Both the position numbers and the translations under genes were made by a program. From Craspedostauros australis (lineage: Eukaryota), in assembly GCA_030167865.1 (NCBI GenBank), contig JALAGF010004555.1:1-54973 (forward strand): a stretch of DNA of 54,973 bases, read 5' to 3'. This document shows positions 35,616 through 47,409 of this stretch, in pieces (the stretch's first letter is position 1; every line of letters starts with the position of its first letter). The notes under the pieces are model-generated. The model did no database searches. It saw only the letters and a program-made list of their open reading frames with translations, and was not told where the DNA came from.

Positions 35616-37418
35616 CTACGTCCAGGGCAAGAAATTGACATGTAGAATGATTCCCAATGCAATGTACAAACCGCAATAGCATTGGATGATGCGCAATCCA
35701 GCGATTCGTTGTCGGAGGCTGAGCCACGCAAGGCACCAAAACATCGCAGGTGATGACGAGCAGATGAGACGCGTGGAGATTTGAACATGCGCAATGATCA
35801 AGCCGACCAACGCGATTGCGAACAGAATCGCGTAATACGGCAGCATCGCAGGCATGCAGATCAGAGCCATGTCATCATCGCGAGCGACATCGTCATCCTT
35901 CTTTGTGGGAAGGTTCGCACGTGTTTGAATGTCCGATAATCGTAGTGCTTGCATCCCCCACGAAACGCCCCATCGGGTTGCATCCAGCGGCGATCTCGTG
36001 CGAGGAAGCGGATGGATCCTGTGAAACTGAAACATGCTCTGTCTAATCCACAAGCACACGCCAAGGAAGGATGCAATGAGCACTGGCGCTGCCAGCAGGA
36101 AGTTGGGAATCTGCTTCCACTCGTAGTATCGGAACGCTCCTACATCCCAGTGCTCTCTCTGAACGTGTTTGTACAAGGAAAAGGAATGAATATCATTGCC
36201 GGTGCACCACTCTGGCATGGAATGCTGGCTGGGCGCTCTATCCTGTGCGTTCGCCTGCAACGCCGCCATCGATCCACAATGTCGATTCCATCCCTGCACG
36301 TCGTGCAAACGTATTGGGTACATCACCAGCGCAGCACCCAACAAATGCACCATCGTATCGAGAGACGTGTGCAACGTTCGTCTTGTCGCACCATACCGCG
36401 TTCCGCTCATCAAGATTGCGACAGCTTCCAGCATGAGAAACACAGCATTGATGGACCCATTGGATCGCGTGTACGATGCTGCCATCCAGAATGGTACGGC
36501 CAGGATCCACCAAGCATATCGTGACCTTGTGCGCATTCGTAGATAAACGGCGTGTCCAACAAAGTTGAGTGCCGCAAATGTGGATTCAGAATACGACGTG
36601 AGGAAGAAGACGCTTGCGGGATTGTAAATGAAGATCAACGTGACACGTCGTGCCAGTGTCGCTGTTGCGTTGGTGTTGCGGCCAGTGTGATTCGCAAGGA
36701 TCGATTGCGTCGCGTCGTTCAGTGCCCACGTCGTGAGTAGAAAACACGTCATGTTCCACAGCAGCGCTGCCAGCACCGTCGTTCCTTCGTAGGATGGTGG
36801 CAAGAAGTGCTTTGGGATGCACCCGTATTGGTCCGAAAATTGATCCAACACGTTGGCTACGAATCGAACGCACATCGGAAACATGGGAAAGAAGGCGTGT
36901 GCTTCTTCGGAGACGCGAAACGCATTCGCCTCGCATCGTGAATCTCGATCGTCCATGTCGCGGTGATTGTCGGAACTGTGAGAGTCTTCCGCCGGTTGAC
37001 ACGCGAGATGCTCTGGATCGCGCCGGCTCGGATCGACAGCAAGATGCAGGAACCGCGCAGCGTCCCATTTCGTCATTGGAGTCAAGATGAATCTGTACGT
37101 GGCCGCCAGGAACCTGGATGGTATGGCATTCAACCGGATGGCACAATCGCCGTCACCGACGAGACCTCGCGACGTCTCTGCGCGTATCCTGACATCAGAT
37201 GCACCTGGCCGTTGCCTTGTCGCTGCACCATCGCATGCTTGCCCGACGCGGCAGTAGCACCAGCCGTCTGCGTCTGATCCTTGTGCAGGCAACCTCGGAT
37301 CAAATCGGAGCACGTCATCGCCCGGGTTGTGCTCGGGGATCCAATGGCACGATGCTGCCATTAATAGCAGCAGCGCGAGGCGGGTCAGTGCGGCATGTTG
37401 CAACAGCGAGGCTGCCAT
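35616..37418 (-). CDS. PIGV: GPI mannosyltransferase 2 (PIG-V/Gpi18)
   Basis: KWDAARFL, AFFPMFP, NPASVFFLTSYSES, TRSNG, VQREHWDVGAFRYYEWKQIPNFLLAAP, HVQISTRLICSSSP and terminal FLPWT. Start at MAASLLQ (37418) is inferred; the ORF extends to 37826. Confidence 0.93.
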   Translation of the reverse strand: MAASLLQHAALTRLALLLLMAASCHWIPEHNPGDDVLRFDPRLPAQGSDADGWCYCRVGQACDGAATRQRPGASDVRIRAETSRGLVGDGDCAIRLNAIPSRFLAATYRFILTPMTKWDAARFLHLAVDPSRRDPEHLACQPAEDSHSSDNHRDMDDRDSRCEANAFRVSEEAHAFFPMFPMCVRFVANVLDQFSDQYGCIPKHFLPPSYEGTTVLAALLWNMTCFLLTTWALNDATQSILANHTGRNTNATATLARRVTLIFIYNPASVFFLTSYSESTFAALNFVGHAVYLRMRTRSRYAWWILAVPFWMAASYTRSNGSINAVFLMLEAVAILMSGTRYGATRRTLHTSLDTMVHLLGAALVMYPIRLHDVQGWNRHCGSMAALQANAQDRAPSQHSMPEWCTGNDIHSFSLYKHVQREHWDVGAFRYYEWKQIPNFLLAAPVLIASFLGVCLWIRQSMFQFHRIHPLPRTRSPLDATRWGVSWGMQALRLSDIQTRANLPTKKDDDVARDDDMALICMPAMLPYYAILFAIALVGLIIAHVQISTRLICSSSPAMFWCLAWLSLRQRIAGLRIIQCYCGLYIALGIILHVNFLPWT

Positions 37419-37980
37419 CGTTGCATGGAGTGGTTGATGGAGTTGGATGGATGAATACGAGCTGGGTGGATGGTGGATACCGTATCTCTCTCGGATCGTG
37501 TATGAGCCGTGGCATCCCCACGCTGCACAGAGAAGTGTACGCGGAGAATGAGTTTTGGTGTTGGTCCCATCAGCGGCGTCGATTCCAATCACACATTTGA
37601 TCCATTCGAATGAAACGATCACGTTGAGCGTCTGATTCAACGGACTACGAATCTTTTCAATGCGAACAGAAACGAATCCAAAGATCCTGCCTCCAAAAAC
37701 ATGGTCGCTGCCATCTGCCAGCTGCTTGTTTGTGGCCGCAAAGAATGGCGAATGTGCTGCGAGAGCTGCCAAGTGCCGACTTCCTCCTTCCAACATCCAA
37801 GATGGAAGATCATTCAACGCCTCCACTCTGCGTCTCAGTCATTGGCATACCTCTTGGAGGAAGAGAGAGAGAGAGAGACAGAACGTGAAAGAGCATTAGG
37901 AACGCACAACTATATCCGAATCAACATCGGCACCAACAAGGACAGCATTCGACAATAGAGACAGGAGAGAAGCCGAGAAG

Positions 37981-40900
37981 ATGGTGGAGGCAGATGAAGG
38001 GGCGGAATCGGGCGCATCCGTCGGTCTTTGGACCCTGCTGATTGTCACATCAGCCATCTCCTTTTGGATTCAAGCGGTGGTCACAGAAGAACGGTACGTC
38101 TCACGAGCACAACCACGCAGAGCTGCTTCGTCGGCTTCACTTGTCGCCTTTGTTCTTCCTGTGTCATACTCACGCTGATGCTGTAGCAAGGGCTGGATTC
38201 GTGCAACGCATCCACATCTCCATCTCACCAACGTGCTTCCTTTGCTGACATCACCTGTTCCCACCGTTCGCTCCTTTTCGGTGCACAGATTCGTGCCTGC
38301 ACTCAATGTGGTGGCGGACTACTTTCGAATCCCAAACGACATCGCGGGTAAGTTGAATCTTGCTGTGCTTCATTGCGAGCGACCGCATGATCCTCTGCAT
38401 GGCGATGGGCCTTTTGATGTACCGCCTTCTGCATCATACTTCATTGGATCTGCCATCGCGCTGCATCGAGAACTCGTTCACTCACGTGTCGCATGTCTTC
38501 ATCCCATTCATTCCTTGACGTATGTCCACATATGGTACCCATTTGATCTGCCGTTCCACTAATATGATGCATCCGCCAAAACCTCCTATACCGACGTAAT
38601 ACAGGTGCAACCTTGATGGCTGCCGGGGCATCATCACCGGAACTGTTCTCTTCTATCGTGGCATTGTTCATCACACATTCTGCCTTGGGTTTGGGGACGG
38701 TACGTTCGTGACATTCATTGAAAGACAGAGTTGGATGCTTCATTGGGCTTGCGTGATCGTGACGATTGGTTATCTGCCAGTACTCAGGTCGATCGAACCT
38801 TATTCTGCTCGCGTCTAATGGGCGCGCTGGCAGGGAAGGTCAGGAGTCAACATATCCAGAATCGAGATCTCACTACATCTCTCGTCAATTGTGTGCTTGC
38901 GAAACTCTCTACTTCCTATTCTTCATACAACGCCGCCGCATTGATACAACACAAACAGATTGTCGGTTCGGAGGTCTTCAACCAGCTGATCATCTGCGCC
39001 GGTGCCGTGTACGCGTCCAAAAATGGGAACCTGCAGCTTGATCGTACGATCGTTATCCGCGAGGTCTTCTTCTACAGCTTGGCTGTCTGCCTCCTGTACA
39101 TAGCGTTGCAAGACTCGCGTCCGGTCGAAGGCGACGATGAGAATCACATCTTCATCAGCTTCGCGGAGGCCTGCATGCTCTTTTCTGGATACATTCTCTA
39201 CGTGCTGGTCTGCGCCAACATGGACTTCGTGGTCGGTGTGTTCAATTCCTCCGGGCGTTCTTTGCGCGATGGCATCTCCGGTGAGAAGGTCTCGTACGGT
39301 GCCCTCGGGAAGACAAAGAGCAAGGTACGTTGTGTCGCTGTTGCATACCGCAACTCATTCCTCTGCTCTGCAATGTATCAGCATGGCATCATTCATGGGG
39401 TTCGATTTCGTATTTGCGTATTGTAGTGTTCTGCGGGTTGCGATCATCATATTTGTCTGCTCACTGACTCCAACTCTCTCTCACTTTGACTCTCACATCT
39501 GCCTCGGCGAATACTTTTGTAACTACACGAACGCATTGCAACCCACCAGAGGATCGTGGTTCCAGAGAAGATCAAGTATGTCACCGAAAAGAAGGTCCTG
39601 TCGCATGAACCGGCTGAGAATTGGAAGGGCACCGACTTCTTCAAGTCTGCCGTTCTGTTCGACGAAGACGAAGAAGAGGATGCCGACGGATCATTCTCGC
39701 AGCGTCAGCTATCGCCAAGCCAACGACGCACTGAGAACTTTCTCGCAATGTCCCTGCGCGATCTGGACCTGATGAAACGCTCCGAGCGGCCCACAGATTT
39801 CCATGCTATGCATGACGTGGGATTCAATGCGGTACGTACTCGTACCTTTGCATCCCTGGTGTGCTCAAACTTGATGTTGAATATCCATTTGGGGTGTCGA
39901 CGAACATTGGTGACGTGCTCTACTCTACGAAAATGTGGAATCGCTGCTCGTTGGACGTTCGCATCGTGTGGTACCATCATGGCACGGATACTCGACTGCA
40001 TTATGCTCATGTTAATTATCTGTCTTTTGGTGCTTCGTGCCCGTCTCACTCTTTCTCGCTTTCCCCAATCCAACGATGCACGGCATCAATACACATCACA
40101 TCATGTGTCTGGTTAACCACACATTCTACTCTATACCAGATGTCAAGCGAGTACTCCTGCTTCATGTGGCAGCAATCCATATTTTACAACCGCGCCTACT
40201 TTGGATCGAAGGCATGGCACCTTCGTTGGTTCAGCATTTCGCCAGAAGCAATCGTTTCGGTTCCAGATCGTACCGATCCAGAAAAACACACCTTGAAGTA
40301 CCCGCGATTCCACGAGATTGAGATTGACGAAGATCATCTCCTCATCAAGATCATCAACCCCGATCCAAGCGGGAGAGCATGTGAGTCTCGTTTAACATCT
40401 GCTGATGTGGCTAGTGTCACCACTGACATCGCTTCGTGCGCACCACATTCCACGGATTCGCATGCTGCATCGTGCTTCGTATTTGAACGAAGCATGTCTC
40501 ACAATCTTTATCCTGCATTCGTGTTGCTTGCTTTGCTTCACATTCACGTCATCTCAACTCAAATCATCTCTTGTTCTTCTTTCCCTGGACAGACACCTTG
40601 ATGGCACCATCCAAGCCCATCTTCGATCAGGTGGTCGTCAAGTTCGAAGCCTTCATGGAGCATGATACCTCGAAAGATACTGCTGATCAATTGCAATCGG
40701 CAGAGGCGAGCGATGACTTCGAGAACGCTGATCCCCACGTTGGGTTGATCGAATTCCCAACCGACGCATCCAACGTCGCCATCGTGTTCTGGGTGCTGCT
40801 CTTCCCCTTCCGTTTCCTCCTTCACTGCACAGTCCCCGACGTGCGTGTGCTGGATCAGAACGGCAACCCCACGGGCAGCATCGGAATAGCTGGTGTCGCG

Positions 40901-41362
40901 TGTATGATGTGCCTGGTTTGGTTGATCATCGGTAGCTACGCCATGGTTGCATCGTTGGAGAAGATTGCGGAACTGCTGGACATCCCCGACTCGGTGGTGG
41001 GCGTGACGGTATCCGCTGCGGGAACGTCGCTCCCGAACTACATTGCCAGCAAGGTGGCGGCACAGAACGGATTCGGCAACCAGGCAGTGTCGAACGCCTT
41101 CGGATCAAACACCTTCAACATTATGATCGGACTGGGGCTTCCATGGGTGCTGTACACGTCCTTCGGCACGAACTTCGAACCGTACAGCGGACTGCGCGAC
41201 GATGGCATCGGCCAATCCATCGTCATCCTTGCTGGATTCCTGCTCCTCTTCATCGTCCTGATGCTTTGCACAGGCTTCGTGATCCACAAGTGGCACGGGC
41301 ATCTATTCATCTTCCTCTACATCGGATACTTGGGCTTTTCGATTGGGCAAGTGTACTTGTGA
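37981..41362 (+). CDS. NCKX-type Ca2+/cation antiporter (CaCA family); exons 37981..38093, 38289..38347, 38605..38699, 38959..39324, 39550..39831, 40140..40380 and 40593..41362
   Basis: Spliced alpha-1 repeat EERFVPAL...DIAGATLMAAGASSPELF...GLGTIVGSEVFN; alpha-2 repeat GVTVSAAGTSLPN...AVSNAFGSNTFNIMIGLGLPW. All six GT-AG introns keep the frame. Confidence 0.92.
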
Positions 41363-42101
41363 AAGCGCCAACATACTCGTATGGTCGTAGCTTAAAATGC
41401 GAGCATAGCATATTATATATTTCTGGATGTTACAGGCTATTTGTACTTTTGTGTAACTGTCATTGCAATGGAATGTCGGCATGGTAGTAGCTCTGTTGAT
41501 CATCGTCTCTGTGGCAAGTCGTATCCATGCAACGAGACTTGAGTTCAGCAGATGGTTCTCATTCACAGCAACGCGAACCTGACTAAACGTGACTCAGCGT
41601 ATTCATGACTCCATCGTTCGGATTATGATGGCTTCGCATCATCTGACGAATCATCATCGAAACATGAGCGCGTCACATGACAACCCATGTCAACACGCAA
41701 AGGGGAACACAATCGTGATGGCCTTCGGCGAAGCCTCTTCTTTCTGACACCTCCCCGTCATGATGCGATGATTGTCTGGGTGGAGAGAAGACATCATGAC
41801 CACCACCACCGACACCAACAACAAAGACGCGGCGATCTTCCATCGGAAGCAACCACACACCATCAAACCCAATTCCTCTTCTCCCTCTTCCTCAGTTCAA
41901 TTCATTTCATCTCATCTCATTTCAGTCCAATAGCCATACAATTGCTTGCCTTCAACAGAAGACCACAATTGCACATCATCACGCATCATCACACATCAGC
42001 AATACTCATACCAGTAATACAAGGAAGGCATTCCCAACGTCAAAGAAACCAACCAACAAACCAACCAACCAACCAACAGGCAGACAAGCAGAGAAACCAC
42101 G

Positions 42102-43771
42102 ATGTCGCTCGCATCCAAATTCATTCTCAACCAATCGCTGAAGCGATCGATCCAATATTCGCGGCCATCGCTGTCGTCATTGGGCCGTGAGTATTCAACC
42201 ACGGGCACTGCATCCGCATCGAGCTCTCCTTTTCGCAATGTCGTCGTCGTGAGCGGTATCCGTCTTCCATTCGCGCAGAGCTCGACCATCTACCAGGATG
42301 AGATGGCTGTGGATCTGCAGCGTCTTGCCATCACGGGATTGCTGACACAAACTGCGTTGCCCAAGGAAGAAATTGACTACGTCGTCTGTGGCAACGTCAT
42401 CCAGGAGGTGAAGACGTCCAACATCGCACGCGAGGCCGCGATCAACGCCGGATTGTCGAGCTCGATCGGCGCTCACACCATCGCCCAGGCCTGTATTTCG
42501 GCCAACGCCGCCATCTGCGCTGGTGCCGAAAAAATCATGACGAACCACGCCGATGTGGTGCTGGCCGGTGGCGCAGAGACCTTCTCCGATGTTCCCATCC
42601 GGCTCACACGTCCCATTCGCCAGAAGCTGATCGGCCTGCCAAAGGCCATGAAGAAGGGTGGCCCTCTCGGCGGCATGCGGCACATGCTGAAGAAATTGAA
42701 GCTCAAGGATCTCGGCTTGGAGACGCCGGCAATCGCGAACTACACGACCGGCGAAGTGATGGGCGTATCTTCCGACAAGCTGAGCGCCAAATTCGGCGTC
42801 TCGCGACAGGAGCAGGACGAATTCACGGTGCGCAGCCATTCGATGGCGCAGCAGGCCCACACCGACGGCTGGTACAACCAGGAGATCGTGCCATACAAGG
42901 GCAGCCGTGAGGAGAACGGAATCAAGGGCGACTCCACCATCGAGAGCGTCTCGAAGTTGAAGCCCGCGTTCGTGAAGCCGCATGGAACCCACACCGCCGC
43001 CAACTCCAGCTTCCTGACGGATGGCGCTGCGATGTCGCTGCTGATGTCGGAGGAGAAGGCCAAGGAGCTGGGCATGAAGCCGCTGGCGTACCTGCGCGAT
43101 TGGTCCTTCCGGGCTTGCGATCCGTGGCAGGAGCTGCTGCTGGGGCCAACCTACTGCACGTCGGAACTGTTGCAACGCAACAATATGAGCCTCAACGATC
43201 TCGGAGTGTTGGAAATCCATGAAGGTGAGCAAGCGATGCGTGCACCAACTGGTGTCTACATGGCCGTGTGTTCTGACACGGGAGCATGCTGAAAGAAATC
43301 GTTTGCCAGTCTTCTTCGTGTTTCGTGATTGAGGTTTTGACGAATGCGCAAGTACATTGTGCAACACGGCAAAATGCGACCATGCATCTCACATACTCCA
43401 TTGGACCCTTTCTCCTCTGCCCTCAATTACCTCTCATTGAACTCTTTCGCACTTCCCACATTTCGTCGTCATCGTTTGCCAAACGCGCAGCCTTTGCCGG
43501 ACAGATCCTGTCGAATTTGGTGGCGATGAACAGCGACGAATTCGCCAAGAAGAACCTGGATGGCCAGAAGATCGGCGACATCGACATGAGCAGGCTGAAT
43601 GTGAAGGGCGGCTCCCTCGCAGTTGGGCATCCATTCGGCGCCACAGGATCAAGGCTGGTGACCACCGCGAGCCGACGGTTGCAAGATGAGGATCAGCGAT
43701 TTGCGCTGGTTGCAGCCTGCGCGGATGGAGGCCTCGGACACGCCTGCTTGTTGGAGCGTTATGATGGATGA
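42102..43771 (+). CDS. HADHB: 3-ketoacyl-CoA thiolase, mitochondrial trifunctional-enzyme beta-subunit type; exons 42102..43224 and 43491..43771
   Basis: EVKTSNIAREA, catalytic QACISAN, TAANSSFLTDGA, spliced EIHEAFAGQ (HEAF subtype), GHPFGATG and AACADGG; mitochondrial-type presequence. Confidence 0.92.
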
Positions 43772-44387
43772 GGAGCGACATGATTCCTTGTGGCCGGTTG
43801 CAAGAAGATATCCCAACGCGCTGGTAGTCCGAGATGGATGAACGAACAAACAAACAAACAAATAAATAAACAATCAATGCAATACACGTACGACACGAGT
43901 GCGCGCACTCGTGTACAATTATTACACTTGATTATCTATACTAATACAGTTAGGCTAAGTCTGGAAGAGCTTAATCGACGTGGTCATGTTTCGATACAGT
44001 CATTCGAGTCGTACGTGTCCCTTCGTACAATTCGGTCATTTCACTTGGCCAATGGGAAGCGAGAATTGGATGATAAAAATTGATGTGACAAACAAGACGC
44101 TCTTTCGCTTCCTTTGTTCGTGCAGTGTTGGCGCGATTCCATGCCTGTTTGGGCTGAATGCAATCGTGGCAAGAAGGATCGCCTGTTGCATCCGCGTTCT
44201 CAGTTGGTGCGGAACGGGAAACTGACGGTGGAGGCATCTCCTCCCTTCCTGAGATCGCTCATCATCATCCTGCGTGGCACCACAGCATCTTCATAATAGT
44301 ACAATACGAGCGTTCTATTGCAAGAGTTCATCTTGGAACGACAACGACCAGCAGAGGACGCGCCCTCTCCAGATAGAAGGCTCAACA

Positions 44388-45493
44388 ATGATGGGAAACA
44401 ACGGAATCGGTCTGCTGGCCACATCCGCCGCAATGGCGCTCGTGGCTGCGCTGATGCCAGCCCAAACAGCGGCGTACGACTGGAGCTGCAACCTGTACTG
44501 CTACAACGGCGGCACCTGCACGCATGGCACCGGCAAGTTCGGCTCGTACCAGAAGATCCTGGAGGACGCCAACCAGAAGAACAAGGAGACCACCAACGGC
44601 GAGCTCGACGACGTCTTCGGAGACGACGAACCCAAGACGCACGTCGAGCGCATGTACTGCGAGTGTCCCATGTTCTACACAGGACTGCAGTGCGAGATCA
44701 AGCTCACGGAGTGCCCCGATTCGCAGAAGTGCTTCAACGGCAAGCACTGCAAGAAGGGCAAGACCAACAAGGAGAGCGAGCGTCCCTTTTTCCACTGCGA
44801 GTGCGATGCCGCCGAGACGGATTTCACCTTGCATGAGAAAGACTCACTCAAGTATTGCGATCACATATCGCGCAAGTTCTGCGATGTTCGCGATGATGCT
44901 GGTTCTTCGACGGGTGGCTCCGACTCTTACTGCACCAATGGTGCTCGTTGTCTCACCAAGAATGATCCAGAGTAAGTCATGTTGTCTGTTCCTGTCGTTG
45001 TGTGTTTGTTGTTGTTGTTTCTTCTCGGGCCACTGATTGTGCTGCTACTGCTGCCCATGATGTCCATGATGTTCGCAACGCTAACTTCAATCCCTTCCTA
45101 AAACGCATGAACACACACACACACGCACACTCTACAACTGAAACTACACATCGCAGCGCCAACCTGAATTCCGTCCGACACCATTTGGGCTGCCAGTGTC
45201 CCGAGGAATTCTACGGCGACTACTGCGAGATCATGAAGGATGAGTACAAAGCCAACGTCAAGGCGCAGTTCCTCAACATCACGGAATCCCAAAAGGAAGG
45301 CGCCAAGCTGGTGGGTCTGTGGATCGCGGGCGCCATCGTTGCGACCATCGTGCTGGCGGTCGTCGCGCGTCGTCTGCAGCAACTGCGCCGGTTCAAGAGA
45401 CGCCAAAAGAAAGCCCGCGCCAAGCGTCATTACCCGCCGCCCTCCACCACTGGCGACGTCGGGAGGATGCAAGGTGGTGCCACGTATGCTTAA
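44388..45493 (+). CDS. EGF-like repeat type I membrane protein; exons 44388..44971 and 45157..45493
   Basis: Signal peptide ending TAA-Y; CYNGGTC, CECPMFYTGLQCE, CFNGKHC, CTNGARC and CQCPEEFYGDYCE; TM segment LVGLWIAGAIVATIVLAVVA followed by a basic stretch; phase-2 GTAAGT...GCAG intron. Confidence 0.88.
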
Positions 45494-45943
45494 CAATACT
45501 CTACCCAATGGAAGTATTATATATTAATAAAGAGTGACTGAGTGAGCGACCGAGCGAGCGAAACAACGAATACAATAGTATCCTTTCTTGGGAGAGTGCA
45601 ACACAGAATAACATGGCATATTATACTAGCATGGTGGGATGAATACATGGAACAGCTATCGTTGCGGCAACTGGATCACCACGTGATTGTTTGTCACTTT
45701 GTCATGTGTCATGCACCGCAATACGGGTAGAATAATACGATCTATTCTCCTCTGCGAGCTGCTCTGCTCAAACACATCCCGCTCTAATTTACGTTTGGTC
45801 TTCGGAATGCGATGTACAAATTCGTTGAATGATTGATTGAGTGATTCACTCCTCCAAGCAATTGAGATCTGATGCCACGGGTACGTAAGGCGGTGCACAC
45901 TGAAATGGGATCGACTGTCATGCAGCACAGCATGCTCGACACT

Positions 45944-47409
45944 TCACACAATCTCCGTGACGCTGTGCACCATGTTACCGCTGCTGTTGGACGTTGGTTG
46001 TTGTTGTTGTTGTGACGACGCGCTCATTTCCACATCCGGATCATGTCTGGGTGACGACCTCCTGCAAGGACGGCAGAAACCCAGGATCTCGTCGCGCACC
46101 GATGGTGGGAAGCACACGTTGGCAAATGGCGACAGCCAATCTGCCCGGAAGCGCGTGCCCGTGTTGGCCCGGACGCTCATGCCGAAGACTTCGATGATGC
46201 CCGCGACGCCCGTGCTTTCCAGCTCTCCCTTGAGACGGTCGATGTGCGTGAGTTTGGATGCGACCACGGTGGATTGATCGATGATCATGCAGGATGTGAA
46301 GAGTCCGAACAGTATGGACTCGACCAGAAGTCCCAGGATCGTGAGGAGCTGCGAAGGATGGTCGAGACAGGTGGCGCGTGAATGCATGTGTCCGTGGTGG
46401 ACGTGCATGCAGCTGTAGAATCTGGTGCACACCAACGACAGGGAGTACACGCAGGACACGCAGGTGTAGAAGACGAAGAGTAGGAAGTATTTGTGGTTCC
46501 CGATGCCAACGCAGTTGTTCACCCATGGGCAATGATCTATCGTGAGGGTCGCGGTTGGAGGCATGCGTGAGGTGGCCGATGCGATGGATGTGAGAATGTT
46601 GGAAAATAATGAGGCGATTCAATCCAATTCAAGAATCATACTCTCTGGAGAGAGTTATCATCAACTCCATGAATATAGCCACAAGCACAATCATAGCTAT
46701 AATCATAGCCACCACCATAACCATCACCATAGCCATCACTACCATAATCAACTGCGTAAACAGAAATACAATACCAAATTCAACTTCAGCAACGACGCCA
46801 TCGAAGGAACTTACGATCCATCTTGATGATACAGCGATTGCAGATACTGCAATGATGCGCACGAGCTGGCTTGAAGCTCCTGCATCGCCGACAGCGCTTC
46901 CTGGGCCGACGAGGAAGCAGGGCGGCTGGATCAGCGTCCTTGGGGGTTTCCGGTTCGGTCTCTTCGAGCGGCGTCGCATCCGGAGGCACCGCCCCTGGAT
47001 CCGTCGTCATCGCTCGGAAGTGCGAGTAGACGGCCATAGCGGCAACAAGGGTGAATGCCAGCCGATGGAAGTGACCTGAGATCGTGAGGCTGCGCACGCC
47101 ATCATCGTCCGTGGTGCTCATCCAAGGAGGCAAAAGGACGGCGGCGACGGCGTAGACTCCGTAGCAGTGTAGAGAGTAGGTGAACGCGGCGCAGAACAGA
47201 CCGCAGCCATCCACGTTGAGCCAGTGCTCGTCGAAGGGGGCCGTGCCGAACTTCCTCCGCCGCACTGTGGCCACCTTCGCGCTGCCGTTGCTCTCCAGGA
47301 TGTTGGGCAGGGCCACAGGCGCAGGCGGATCCATCGCAACCTCGTTCATGCCATCTTGCGATCGCACGGGTCCGCCGCCCTTTCGTCGTTGCGCTGTGGT
47401 TGTGGACAT
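45944..47409 (-). CDS. DHHC palmitoyltransferase (ZDHHC3/7-like); exons 47409..46815 and 46536..45944
   Basis: [60 protein letters not shown]. The phase-1 intron 46537..46814 (GTAAGT...ATAG) splits the DHHC motif. Confidence 0.95.

Noticed and set aside
46670-46750. His-rich ORF ([20 protein letters not shown])
   Set aside because: It is a simple repeat inside the DHHC intron, read on the opposite strand.
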